A stretch of 64,000 bases of DNA. Origin: Microbotryum violaceum (Eukaryota). This document shows positions 26,380 to 39,824 of this stretch, piece by piece. Where the stretch lies: assembly GCA_001244265.2 (NCBI GenBank), contig CDLV01000015.1:248001-312000 (forward strand), written 5' to 3'. Under the pieces are notes generated by a model. The model saw only the letters and a program-made list of their open reading frames with translations, had not been told where the DNA came from and made no database searches. The translations under genes were made by a program, and so were the position numbers. Numbering within the stretch: the first letter of the stretch is position 1; the number at the start of each line of letters is the position of its first letter.

Positions 26380-29300
26380 ATGAGCTCGCATTCGTCGCTG
26401 CACAAGGACAACTTTGGCTTCCCAAACGCGCCAACAACTTCCGCATCTGTTAGTGCTACTCCTGCATTACTCTTTGGATGCGCACCGTCGAACTGATCCG
26501 CGGCGATTGTCATTCTTCGTCGCCTCGCAGGCTGCCGGAGCATCGTCGTCCGTGCTGACTCCGGCACAAGCGGACACCACGGCTTCGACTTCTTCGCATC
26601 AACTCTTGGACCTCACGCTACTCGATCACGAGGAGGAATCACCACCTTTCGTAACTCGGACTTCAAGAGGACCCCCACGCATCGACCGCAACGAGCTGCG
26701 TCCCATCCAACAGCAAGGCCCCTTGCCGAATCGTCAAGTCTTAGCTGCCTCGTTCTATTCTGCAGCTTCGACCCCAGCTCCCCTCACCCATCGCATCGCG
26801 TCCAACAGAATTACAACCTACGGTAATTCGAGAAGGAACGCGGATCGAGCTTGGGACGTGCATTACAGCGTAGAGTGAGTCAGACTCTTTCCACCCGACG
26901 CCTGCACTCTTCCCGGAGGACTTTTGGGTCGATATGATCATCGTCATCCTTTCGTGCGTCGGACATGTTTACTGATCGGTTTTCTCTTATCCTTCCATCC
27001 CATGTTCGACCTGTACCTACAGTTCCGACAATCGATCGACCTCGTTGGACATGTCTCATGGCCACAAGTCGGGCGTGCCGTTCGCACCCCAAGATCCGAC
27101 GATGAAGGGGAAGAGTCGTCAGTTTTGCGGTTACACAGCCGGCAATGGGGGTTGGTCAAACTCGGGTTCTTCGTCGCATAGCTACCCGCAACCTCAGCAC
27201 CAGAATTCTGGAACGAGACGCAGAATGTCGGGGCCAAGCGGTATCCTCGGTGAGGTCAAGATCTTCCACCAGGCCATGCAAAGCGCCGTCCCAAGGGCGA
27301 AGCCAGCTTCCCGGCGAAATCCCACCCAAACGCTTCCCCTGGATAGGGAACCCAAGCCGGACCAAGTCGCAAGCATGAAGAGGATTGGCAGGATCTCACA
27401 AGGCGCACCCGTCGATTGTCCGTCAAATTTATCTCCGGCGTGCTCATTCTGGTCCTCTCGGCTGTCGTTGATGCTGACATCCAATTTCGTTCGGCCCATA
27501 GCCGAGTCCCGAAGGCTCTCGCCCGATACTGAACTCACATCAAAGCGAACTTTGTCGCAAGCTGCTGGAGCCGCAATCGAACGAAGAGCCAATTCGGGAG
27601 TCCAGGTCAAAGGCACCGCGGACGCGACGAGCAAAGCTCCGCAAATCGACGTCAAGGGCAAGGGCAAAGCCATAGAAAAACCTCCGGAACCTCCGGAGCC
27701 ATTGAAAACCCATCTAGAAATATCATCCGATGAAGAGGAGCCTAATCAGGACTTGGAAGACGACATTGAAGGGTTTGACGACGAGAAGCCGAGACAGAAC
27801 TCTCATCGTCACGGACAGCGCAGGGCGTCGACTTCGGCTGCTGCCTCGAACGATTCAAGATTGAACAATAAGGAGAGCTCACCGGATGCGCTAGCGATGC
27901 CCGACAAAGCCGAACCTGCGGTCTTCCACCGCGACCGTGATCAGAGCACTCCCATCGTTGGGCCGTTCACTCGTGGACACGCCGGGGTCGGGGAAGGTGC
28001 TCGACACGCGCAAGAGGTGATTGGCGGACAGAACGTTGACGTTAAGAAACAGGCGTCAGTGATCAATAGGATGCAACCCCGAAATGGTTCCAAACCAGCC
28101 TCGTCGACACCGTTGGCGGCGTCGGTACGGAGCGTCAACGGGGACGGGAACCCCAGCAACGACTTGATCCTTGGACCGTCCAAAAAGTTCATACCTCGTC
28201 GAGCCAACAAACCCAAGGAGGACATCACCTCGGTAGCGACGATGGTCTTCGTCATCGAAGCCCTCGGCATTCCTTATCGAATCGCCAGCACGGGAGATTG
28301 CAGGATCATGCACAACAGCAAAGGAGTCGCGGGATTGCAGCAGTTGACCCTTCGCTGCGGCGCCGATGATGTCTGTTACCTGAGGTCCAGCGATATGTCA
28401 GGATTCGAAAAACTCGACGACAATAAAAACTTACCCATGCTTGCCATCAAGCTGTCCACGAGTGCAACGGAGGCCGCCACAAAGCTAGCGCACGCCTGCA
28501 AGTTTCGACGAGGTGAGTTTACAAACTGTAGCCCTTGTGGACTTTCACTTGTCAGTGAGGGCACGACTGACGTGAGACTGGACGGTTCTCATCATCTCTC
28601 TCCACAGAGGGTACGCCAAATAATCAAATTGTCGTGTGGCTACGTTTCATCTGCGAGCCACTCGGAAATTTGCCCGAAGACCATGCCGTCCGCCGAATTT
28701 TTGATCTTGTGGCGCGCGATTGGCCCAAGCACTTATACAATAAGCATCAAATCAGGGTCGACTCCGCCCTCACCACGTAAGTCCATACGACTCGCCAACT
28801 CGGTTATCTCGAAGACGGCAGCTCACCTCGAGCTTCGGATCACCCGTGCTCATGCCTTGCGCGCAGCTCATCTTCGGCGATGGCCACCCGAATAGAGATG
28901 TTCGACGCGGCCGTCTCTAGTGGTCGTCCCATGTCGACGCGTAGGCAAAGTGCAGGATCCGTCAACGTTGACTCGGCTACGTCCACGCTGGCAAATTCAC
29001 CGAGAACGAGGCAAACATTGGATCGAGATGGGGCGGGCTCGGGCCTGAAGCGGGGCGAGTCTCCGCAAGAATTGGAGAATGGGATGACTTCGATTGGCCA
29101 AAGGACGAAGCGCGTACCTCGTAAATCGGCCGAAGCTGCAAGAGGAAGGTTCGCGGAAGCAACGGCCGACACAGTCGATGAGCGGTACGCTTGGCAGATT
29201 GAAGAGGACGGCACACCGTTCGAGAGGACCGTTCTCGTGTACCCTTTGCAGGGGGACAAGACCGTCGTTTCCGTCACCCATGGCGACACGAAGCGACTCG

Positions 29301-32300
29301 TGGATGGCAAATACTTGAACGACACCTTGATCGAGTACGGTCTCAAGCGCGCATTCCTCAACCTCGTCGAGCGAGATACCAAACTCGTCGAGGGGAGCAA
29401 GCCGTTGGCGCCTTTGGTGCATATGTTTAACTCGTTCTTTTACAAGAAGCTTGATCGGAGGGGATTGGGCAAACAGTGAGTTTGCGCGCAACCCGCGATG
29501 CGTTACTTCCTCGGTGCTGATGGTAGTCTCTTCCTCGTAGGCAAACCTACGATTCCGTCGCCAAATGGACGGCCAAGTTTGATTTGTTCGAGAAACGGAT
29601 CGTCATTGTTCCGATCAACGAAAAGTAAGCCACTACAAGCGTTCGAGCGCCATGCAGCGTGGCTCAAACCTGTTTCTTCTCTCTGCAGGAATCACTGGTA
29701 CCTCGCGATCGTGTACAACCCTGGTGCGATCCTCAAAGGCGATCTCACCGTGCCAAAGCAGACGCGCCAGACCCGTCACAGTCTACTCGAGAAGGCCGAC
29801 GCCATGGCGACCGAATCGGGCGTGAGCAGCTCCGCTGGCTCGGCCACCGATACGACTATCGAACAGCCCGACGTGCCTCCTCCCGATCTCCAAGAACCTG
29901 TAGAAACGAGTCGGTTCTTCCAAAACCCGCGATCGTCCAAGAAAGCCGCCAAGCCTACGGCCTTCAAAACCGACAAGAGCGAGGTGGACGTTGACGCCGC
30001 GCTTGTCGAGGAGACACCCGAGGACCCGAGTGCGATGGAGATTGATGAACTTGCAGACGATGCAAATCTCTACAACGGTGAAGGTCTGGCAGCCAAGATA
30101 GAAATCGGGAAGGATGAAGACGGGACGGCAACAACCACTGAAACCGTTTTGACCGATGGCGAGGTCACCCTGGCGTCTGTGCCGAACCGCGGAACTGCAG
30201 CCGAGACAGCCCAGCTTTCCCGCAATGAGGTCTTGGCAAGCTCGAGTGACACCGACGCCGAATCTTCTAGCGCTGTCGAGAAGGCTCTCGTCGGTCCTAC
30301 GGCCAAGGTCAACCTCTCGGCCCCCACGTCCGCACAATCAGGCAAGCCACTCAAGCGCACCCCTACGCCGATCTCGCCGTCGACTCGACCACCTGGCACG
30401 AGGTCACCTCCACCACCACCGCAGCCACCACGACAAGCGAAGAACGATGCGGCTGAGCTGACGATCGGTGACAGTGACAATGAAGCTACTCCACTTCCTC
30501 CTATGGATGTGACGACGCAATGCTACATCATGACGTTCGACTCGCTCGGCGATGCGCACCGACCTGTGGGCAAAAATCTCAAGGACTACCTCCGGCGCGA
30601 AGCTCTGGCGAAGAAAGGCCTCGACATTTCCGAAAGCTGGGTGGAATCTAATGCCGAGGCTTTTGCCGTCGATGTGAGTATTCATTTAAAGCATTCTGAC
30701 GGTCAGAGTAGTGCCTGTTGACTCAACCCTTTTCGCTTGTTTCAGGTGCCACAACAAGACAACTGCAGTGATTGTGGACTGTACCTCATCCACTTCGTCG
30801 AGCAGTTCCTCGTCGATCCGGATGATCGACTCCGGTACATCCTCGTAAGTTGACAGCAGCGTCACTCTCGCAACATGAGGCGAAAGCCTGACCCGGAACC
30901 ATTCAATCACATTGTTCAGCGATACCGGGACGAGAAAACCCGTGCAGAGAAAGCCAAGGACTCGTCAAAAGAGGACAAAGCAGCCCAATTGCAGGAACTG
31001 CTTCGACAGCGAGATTCGATCTGGAAGGGTGCCGCCGCGAAATCTAAGCGTGGCGAGCTGCGGGAAGAGGTCAAGGTGCTCGCCGAACAATGGGCTGAGA
31101 TGCGTCGACCGCTCGAGGAGGAAGAGGCGCGCAAACGTCTGGAGCGGGCGGCCCGGAAAGCCGAGGAGAAGGAGGCTCGCTTGGCCGCTGAACTCGCTCA
31201 GACTCGAGCAGAACATGGCGACGATATGGCCGACCTCCCTGACGAGGCCAAGGCGACGAACCCGTCTCCATCGACCCGTGTAAAGCGGACTTTGGGTGAT
31301 GACGCTCCTCTCGCCGCGACGCGCGTGGAAGAGGTCGAGAAAGAGAAGACGCCTAAGGCCACCTCCGAGATACCAGACGTGGCAGCCGATGGGCCCTCTG
31401 GTGGTGAGAACGGCAAACCGGTCACGACCTACGGGAAGAAGGGCAAAGCCGCTGCGGGCAAAAGCGGCAAAGGGAAGAAGAAGGAGGCCCAAGAGATCAT
31501 TCTTTCGAGCGGGGACGAGTCCAACGAGCCGAGCGTGTCGCCCCCCAAACGCATGAGGCCTCTCGATGACAAGCTTTCCGTCCCAATCGCTCATATCGTC
31601 CCTCCGCCCCGTGCTCCTCGACATACTTCCACTCGACTAACAGCGCGCGAAGCAGCGCTGCGAGCCCCCATGGTGACCCCTGTGTCCGCCGAAGCGAGTA
31701 CTTCCGCCTTCAAGAGGCCATTGGCTCTGTTCCCGCCTGCTCCCCCGACGGTCGCCCCAGTCAATGCAAACCGTTCAATTCCGGCCACGATCGATTCCTC
31801 GCGAGATATCAATGTCGACGAGGCGTACCAGATGATCACTGAAGTTGGGCAAGCTGCTCCTGCTCCTGACTCGTCTCCGCTCGAAGTTGCCTCGATAGGC
31901 ACAACCAATGCGATTCAGCATCACCAATCCGTCCTCCCGCCACCCTCTGCGCCTTACCATCCCTCGCGTTCAACCCGCTCTCGCGATGAAGTCGAGTCGG
32001 AGTTGCCACCTAACAAGCGTCAGGCCGTGTCGTCGGAGGTGGGCTCGACGTCTGCGCTGCCTGCCAATGGATCAGCAGTCGTATCTGGGGGCGATTCAAG
32101 CACACCCATCGCGAAGAAGAGCGGGCATCGACGTCAGATCAGCCAGTCATCGGATTCGTCAGAGCTTGCGGACCTTCCGGATCATTCGCGCGATGAGATG
32201 GAGATGCCTCCGAGTGCGCAAACTCCTCGAGCTGTCGTACCAGCGGTATCGAAACGCGTTCCTCGGGCTTCCCTCCGTCATTCCGATAAAGCCCAGAGCA

Positions 32301-32362
32301 CCGCCTCCCCCAGCAACAACAAGAGCAACCGCCGCGAACCCGATGTTGTCGTCATCGAATGA
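26380..32362 (+). CDS. ULP2: Ulp2/SENP6-7-like SUMO protease (peptidase C48), multi-exon
   Basis: YLNDTLIEYG, HMFNSFFYKKL, KWTAKFDLFEK..IVPINE, HWYLAIV (His), TFDSLG (Asp), PQQDNCSDCGLY (Gln/Cys), with long disordered flanks. The start codon is tentative. Confidence 0.9.
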
Positions 32363-33311
32363 GGCCTTCGCTCGCTTCTCCCCTATCTCCCTCCCAGCTA
32401 CCTAGTTAGATCGTTTATCACTCCGTCTCGTCGTTTTCGTTTGTCTCTGTTCCATTCACTACTGCAGCTTTGTATTTTTGTACTTTGCCCAATTCGAAAG
32501 GATTGTCTCTGACGCGTTCCAAGACCAGGGGAGAGGTGACTTTGGCGCTCCGCGAGCTACGCCACGACCGTAGAAACAGCATTGCACACCACTGCGATCT
32601 GCAGACATGGCATTTGTACCACGCGCGCGCTTGTATGTGCTGTGGCCGCCCGTTAAAGAATCGCTCTCCCACTAAAGATTCTGAAGGAAGTGAAGTTAAT
32701 AAGTTACCGTCTAGGCCTTTAATTTCGAGGTCCGGAACAGACGCGCACGACAGCGAAGCCGAAACCCTAACTGGAGAGCGAGGACAATAAAGTTGGGGGT
32801 CGCTACATCAGAGTTAGCTCGAGATCACCGCCGGTGGAATGAATATGAATAATCTTGTGAGGCCTGACGAGCGATGGCAAGCTGCTTGGGAACTTGCGGT
32901 TCAAGATTCAAGATGACGGGTGGTAATTTTTGATCGTGATTTGAGGCGGAAATTTGCCGACTGAATCGAGCCCGTCGTCGCAGAAAGATAGGCGAGACGA
33001 ACAAATACATAGTTGTTGAGTCGGGAAGGAGGAAAGAACAAAGGAGCGCGTTATGTCGCGTCCTTGCTGTCGCCTGTAGCGTCCGCCCAAGAGCAGATAG
33101 CGCTTCCGGCAAGCCGAAAGGAGCGTCGCGTCGAAACGCGCTTAAGGTACGCGAGCGAAGGAACCTCCGAGGAGGCCGCAGGCGCCGCGTGTCGCGTGTC
33201 ACAATTGGAGAGCTTACCCTTTCTCCTCGTTGCAAACCCCAAGCTTTGCCGCAAAACGACGCTGTCGCTTTCCCGCAACCTCACCTAGATAGACCATCTC
33301 ACGGATCGGTC

Positions 33312-36123
33312 ATGTCGTCGATAGCAATGAGCCGTGGTGGCTCAGGGGAGCCTTTGCTCGGTGCTCAGGCCCGCAGGGCGTCGCTGCCGACAACCTTCTC
33401 CCCGCCTGGCTCGCCGACCATTTCGGATGGTCGCTCGGTCGGGTCGCTCGCGTCGTCGATCAAAATGGCTTTCCCGACGCGACGCCAACTCGTGATCGTT
33501 TTCCCCATGTTGATGTTGGGCATTTTTGCCTACACAAGCGAGCGATCTCTGTCGAACCACGCCTCAACCCTAATTCAATCGACGCAATCGACCGCTTCCA
33601 AATATTGGCGCGCTGGTCGACTGTCCTGGCCCGCGTTAGCGGACAACAGGGGCGGCCGCACGAACGGGAGGCGCGTGCTGAACACCCAAGAAGCGAATAT
33701 CCAATGGACCGAAGAGGAACAGTGGCTGAGAAATTGGAAGTGGAATTCGCCTGCCGTTCACGAGAGTTTGCAGGTCCGGCTGGATCAGATGACCCCTGTA
33801 AGTTGGCGCGTCGCGGTGTTGGTGGAAGCGACACCTTCCGATCCGGGTTGTGTTTCAAGCTGACCATATATGCTCGTCGATTCACATCGCTTCTCAACGA
33901 TCTGGTTCGTGTCTATCAGAGCGAAGAAAACCTCCGAGACTGGACCAGGACCTTGCGGCTGAAAACCAGATCAGGGACAGGGATTGGACTCGGCGCCGAT
34001 GATCCGCCGCGGCCAATTTCATCGGGGGATGAGGATGAGGAGTGGCGCACGCAGTGGACGTCGCAGAACGGCATCAAATACTACGGGGGATCTTGGCCAA
34101 AGTAAGTAATGACCACATACAAGATTGAGCTTGTGATGCCTTCATGTTCGGGACTGAAAAGCTGAATCACATGTGTTGTGCTCGCCCGAAGATTCTCGCA
34201 GTTGCTCGAGGAGGCCATGACGGGGCAATCCTACGGGTCTTGTCCCAAGTTCGACTGGGAGGAAGAGTACGCACAATTGCACGAAGAGGTGCGTCTCGTC
34301 ATTTACAGGCCTCCTGTCCCGGAAAATTCTTCTTTTTTGGGCTCACATTCTGCGGCATTCCCACCAGATTATGACGGGACAGCGCGACACCCGAATCATG
34401 GAAATCGCTTGCTCAGCTGGAAATGTCTGCGGTGGGCTGGCGGATCGGTAGGTCATACTCTGGGCTCTGGAGTTGGTTTAAACACACTGATGCCGATTTG
34501 CTCTCGACTGCAGTTTGATCGGGTTGTCTTCAACGTTCCTGTTCGCGGTCTTGACCAAACGTGCTTTCGTCCTCGGCTGGGAGCATCCGATTCCACCCGA
34601 CATCATCTTCGACTCGCCGCGCATCGACTGGTCCACTCGCTTCCGCGCCCACTCGACCGCACCCCGAGCGCTCTACAATGCGGACAACTTGCCGGTGCCT
34701 GCCGTGATCGAGGGCCACAACATGAGGGGCCCCAGTATAGATGGCTTTTGGTCAAACTTTCATGAAACTTACGCCAACGAGTCGTGGATCAAGGTGAGCG
34801 ATGCACGATGTTCCCTTTTCGAACACATCAGAGCCATTGATACTCGGACTGTTCCCCTTCAGATGGAGGGTTTGAACCGAGGCGTCTTGTTCCGATCGTT
34901 CAGGTACGATCACGCGGGTCTCAGTCTGCTGGACATGGGCCTCAAGGAAGAAACGATTTACCGCTGCCTGCTCAACTACATCGTTCGACCGAAACCGAGC
35001 TCGCTCGAGTTCATTACGCGATACACATCGTACTTTTCCCTCCCGTCTGTCTTCAGCATCGGACTCCAGATCCGAACCGGAGATCGAGCCATGGTAAGTT
35101 GATCTTGATCAACGTTAGAACCGTGGACACGCTGCTGACGCGGCGCTGCTTCCTGTCTTCTTACAGACCAACTTAACTACCGATGCGGCGATCAACACGA
35201 TGAATTACCACTCGCAGTTTTTCCAATGTGCGCGCGAGGTCGCAGAGACCTACTCTCAACCGGGCCAACGCGTCTTGTTCTACCTCATCACCGACTCAGG
35301 CGCACTGCGCCAGCAAGCTCTGCAGGAATTCCCCGGCACCGTCGTCACCGGGTTCTTGCCGGTTCATGGGGAACACGGTGGAAGTGGTCCTGTGCAGAGA
35401 GAGTACGAGAAGATGCAGCAGCTCGGGGACAAGCTTTTCGATCCCGACCAGGCTGAAAAGGATTTGACCGACATGTATAATAGCGTGGCGGAAGCATGGT
35501 AAGCTCGTAAACCGCGTCTTTACGCTGTGGAACGGTCTCTCGGGTGACTGCTGACTTGGTTCGATTTCTCTCTACCCTGTTTGCATAGGATATTTGCATG
35601 TTCGTCTGCGCATCGCTGGCTACTCGGGCTGCTTCACACATGCGCGTGACGTGCTGACATTTGCCGCTCTACCATTTTCCCCTACAGCCACTGATTTCCA
35701 AATCCTTACCTCAAGATCCGGTTTTGGCAAAATTCGTGAGCACGCCCCAGTACACCCAGTACACCCAGCAAGCGAGCGAGCCAGCGCTGACCCGTCCCAA
35801 AACCTTTACGGAACCCCTCAGCGACATGGATGAGAGGACATCGAGGTGCGACGATCAATCTTCCCCGGAGCGAAATGGACGAGCGGGGCAGGAAACTGAG
35901 ACTACCGCGGATAGATTGCGCTCGAGAGAAAGAGTGGGTCGCCACGCTTAGCTCGTGCTCACGAATGTCTTGGGACTGACTATGATCATCATGTGACCGT
36001 GCAGGCTAGCAACCTTTAGCTCTATCGCGCAAGAATGGTGAGCCCGCTATTGGCTCGGAAGTCGCTGCCGGAACACGCTTACTGACGAGCTCTATAATCT
36101 TCCCCTACAGGTCTCTCGGATAA
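33312..36123 (+). CDS. Type II membrane fucosyltransferase-like glycosyltransferase (GT11/23/37-type motifs)
   Basis: One N-terminal TM helix (LVIVFPMLMLGIFAY) and CGGLADRLIGLSSTFLFAVLTKRAF. Motif I SIGLQIRTGD, motif II LFYLITDS, motif III EAWIFASTDFQILTSRSGFGK. The spliced frame is intact and includes an 11-nt exon; it ends QEWSLG*. Confidence 0.8.
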
Positions 36124-37061
36124 ACCCGCGACTTGGTCCATCGTAGTCATCTTTTTCCGTACTTAGACCGTAGAGGTCACGCCAGCCGGACTTCACCTTT
36201 GTCTCATTGTATCCTTCCTGCTATCACCCGCCCAACCCATATGCATCGGTGGATAGGCTTAGAGCCTTGTTGCCTCGTTCGGTTCTGTTTGCGTGTTTTT
36301 GTGTGTGTTCCTTGTTACCCAGGTGGAAGGTATAATCGCAAAGCCATCATTCTGTGCATGACGCTTTGATCGCGTTCGGCGTCGAATGAAGAATACTGCT
36401 GCTGGGTGAGAATGAGAAAGGATGAACGGGCGCCAGGCTGGGCCGGCGGGTGGATTTGATGGCCGGGTCTTGGGACGGTGATGCTTAAGCTGTCAACCAT
36501 CACCCCTCTAATAAGCATATTCTGTTTCAGTTCTTTCTTACCTTTTGTGACGTCGTGCAAAATTCTTGCAAGCATATGACAACACGATAGTAATGAGCCT
36601 TAGTACCTGCAGTGCCCCCCTCCCGCGCTTGATAGAGGGCCTCGGCCTGGCCGTCAGCCCAGCCATTTGCTTCCTCGCCCGCCTGCCACCGCTGTGAGCC
36701 AGTGTGAGCCGCTGTGCCGCCTCTCGTTGTCCCGTCCGTGTCTAATTCGCCCTCGTTCCCGTTCACGTCCTCGTCTCTCGACGCCGCGCGTATCGTCCAC
36801 GGACCTTATCCGCACCCAGCATTGTTCACTGGGTCGATCCGTTCACTCGTCCTCCGTAAGCGCTTGGCCTTCCTCATCCACTCAGTTGTCTCCTCCAGAC
36901 CCGACTCACACGACAGACACGTGTTCCGTTCGGCTCGCTCCGTCGTTCGGGCATCCCAATAGGTTGTTCGCGCGTGCTTCCCTTGGATCATCCGAAAGAA
37001 ACGCTCGCAACCGCGACGGCTTCAGACCACTAGGCCAAAGAGTTCGAACAGGGTCGTCGAT

Positions 37062-39266
37062 ATGGGACGACGTTTCACTTCGGTGCGAGGGTTGGATGCG
37101 TTCGGCAAGGTAAGTCTTACAAAGTCGGCCTGTCGCGCCTTTGTTCGTTCGCAGTTGTTGCTGGTGCATGAGCTGACACGAACTGCTCCCCATACAGACG
37201 ATGGAAGATGTCAAGATCAAGACCGGATTCGGTGGAGCTTGTGCGTTGGAACCACTCCACACTGTCAGGCTCAAGACACACCAAGTCGCCCCCGTAACTG
37301 AACCTCCCTTCTCCTTGGCCGACACGCCGGATTGCAGTAACCCTCATTTCGCTAAGCATCATCCTCGCTCTGACAATATACGAATTCGTCGATTATCGGA
37401 GGGTACACTGGGTAAGCGATCGAAGCTTGCTCGAAATTCGACGCGTCTGGTATCCCGTTCGAGAACGCTTTCCTCCCGAACGAGGAGCTGACGGTCGCAC
37501 CCGTCCCCGATGTTCTAGGAACCATCGATCGTGGTCGACAAGTCCCGAGGAGAAAAGTTGGTCGTCAATCTTGATATTGACTTCCCCAGGGTGCCTTGCT
37601 ACCGTACGTTGCCTCACGAGAGCGCGGGCGAGTTCAATGTCCAAATCAATCGACCTACGTGCTGACGAGTTCTTCCTGGTCATGACCGCAGTTTTGAGTG
37701 TGGATATCATGGATATCTCAGGAGAGCATCAAAATGGTGATCAAGCTGCTTCATGCCTCTAAAAGCGCGCGTCATCCAAAGCCCGGAAACGCTGACCTCG
37801 TCCCGTTTGGCCCACACCGCGCGCAGACATTCACCACGACATGACCAAGACCCGTCTGTCAAAGGAAGGCAAAGTGATCGATGCACCGAAAGGAACAGGC
37901 TTGACGGGTGATGTCGAGCGACAGGCGAAGACAAAGGATCCCAACTACTGTGAGTCAGAGCCTGAGCACCATCTCCTTCGAAACTGCTCCGCGCACTAGC
38001 TCAATTTTTGGGGATATCGCGCAGGCGGAAACTGCTACGGAGGTGTACCGCCGACTGAAGGCGAACGACCTGGGTGCTGCAACACTTGCGATGACGTCAG
38101 GGAGTCGTATGTCAAGCGAGGGTGGTCGTTCGTGAACCCGGACAAGGTTGAACAGGTCAGTAGTTCAAGATCTCACCGTCGGCACTGGGCGAGCACGAGC
38201 TGACGCTACGTACCCTACTCGCAGTGCGTATCGGAAGGATGGACCGATCGCATCAAGGAACAGTCCGAAGAAGGCTGCAACGTCGCCGGCAAAGTGCGCG
38301 TTAACAAGGTCATCGGCAACTTCCACCTCTCGCCCGGACGGTCGTTCCAAGCCAACGCGATGCACGTCCACGACCTCGTCCCTTACCTCCAAGACGGGAA
38401 GCGACACGATTTCGGTCATCATATTCGACATTTCTCTTTCGCTTCTGAGCATGAGGAGGAGTTCGTCAGTGTCGGTGGTAGGAGCTTGGAACAAACCAAG
38501 AAGGACTTGGGTATCGTGAATCCACTGGATGGAGTCAAGGTTCACATCGAGGAGTCGAACTATATGATTCAGTACTTCCTCAGTACGTACCGCCTCTTCA
38601 ATAAAGGAGCACTCGGTTGAAGCCTGGGAACTGACAAGCATATGGGTTGTAACTCCGCAGAGGTCGTCTCGACCAAGTTCATTTTCCTTGATGGTCGCGA
38701 GCTGAGGACTCATCAATACTCGGTCACCGAGTATGAGCGAGACTGTGAGTATATCGGGTGAATTGGAGATCGCTGAAGCTTGACAATCATTCTGACCCGT
38801 CGGATTGACACGGCAGTGAGTGATAAGAGCGGCAAGGACTCTTCGGGGCATCAGACGACCCATGGCTACGCTGGTGTGCCAGGTGAGTGAAGAAAACACG
38901 CAGATGGTGACTAAACCGACACGAGCTCATCTACTGCATTACATGCTACATTTTCACAGGCCTGTTTTTCAACTACGACGTCTCGCCGATGCTCGTCATC
39001 CACCGCGAGGAGCGACAATCGTTCGCGCACTTCCTTACGTCGACATGTGCGATCGTTGGTGGTGTGTTGACCGTTGCCAGTCTCATCGATTCCTTTGTCG
39101 TACGTCATCAGCTTCATCTTCGAGAGGGTATTTTTCGGGAGTTTCAGCCCAACTAACAGCGATCTTCTTCCCCCACGTCTAACAGTACGCGGGGAGGAAC
39201 CGACTGAAGACGGGGACGACCAAATCGGGGCTCGGGTATGCCAGACCGGAAGGCAAATACATGTAG
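37062..39266 (+). CDS. ERV46: ER-Golgi COPII vesicle cycling protein Erv46/ERGIC3
   Basis: LDAFGKT, LSVDIMDISGEHQ, CCNTCDDVR, VNKVIGNFHLSPG, QYSVTEYER, PGLFFNYDVSPM, CAIVGGV. Confidence 0.95.
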
Positions 39267-39824
39267 AGAGGTGGTAGTGGTACCGGGGTACTCCACGCAA
39301 AAAGAGCTGTTTGTTTGATTATTGGTGCGCAAGAAAGAACCGTCTTCTGTCGCTTCGTAATCGCATGAGGTAGGGGGGGGGGGGAGCGGTCTGTTGTCTC
39401 GCCGCGCGGGCTACCTATATTTGTCTCTGGCAGTAGCAGCAGCTCGGTGACCACGTGGGGGACGAGCGGCACGCCGGCAGCTGAGCATGGTGTTGGATGG
39501 GTCTTGCATTTTGATAAAACACTGAATTCTCGAACATACTCGCTTCGAAAATATGAGCAACTCAAGACTTTGACTACTCGGTGTCAAAAGCTACGAAAGA
39601 AGGCGAGACGATGGACGGGGATCGGGCGCCGATGATCGCGGAACCGGGAAGTCGGGCATTGCGCCGGGCCGATTTGCGATCGACCGACTCAGTGCTCCCG
39701 TCCCTCCGGCCATCGAGTTCGGGCTTCCCCCACCACCTTACGTCGAGGCTTGGAATTGATCCCCAGCCTCGCCTTCTTGACTTCCTGCCGTCTCGGATAC
39801 CCACCCCCAACTCTGAATCAAATT

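Noticed and set aside
38165-38899. 244-aa minus-strand ORF (likewise 14258-14761 and 29783-30337)
   Set aside because: Antisense to well-supported exons of ERV46, the MFS transporter and ULP2.
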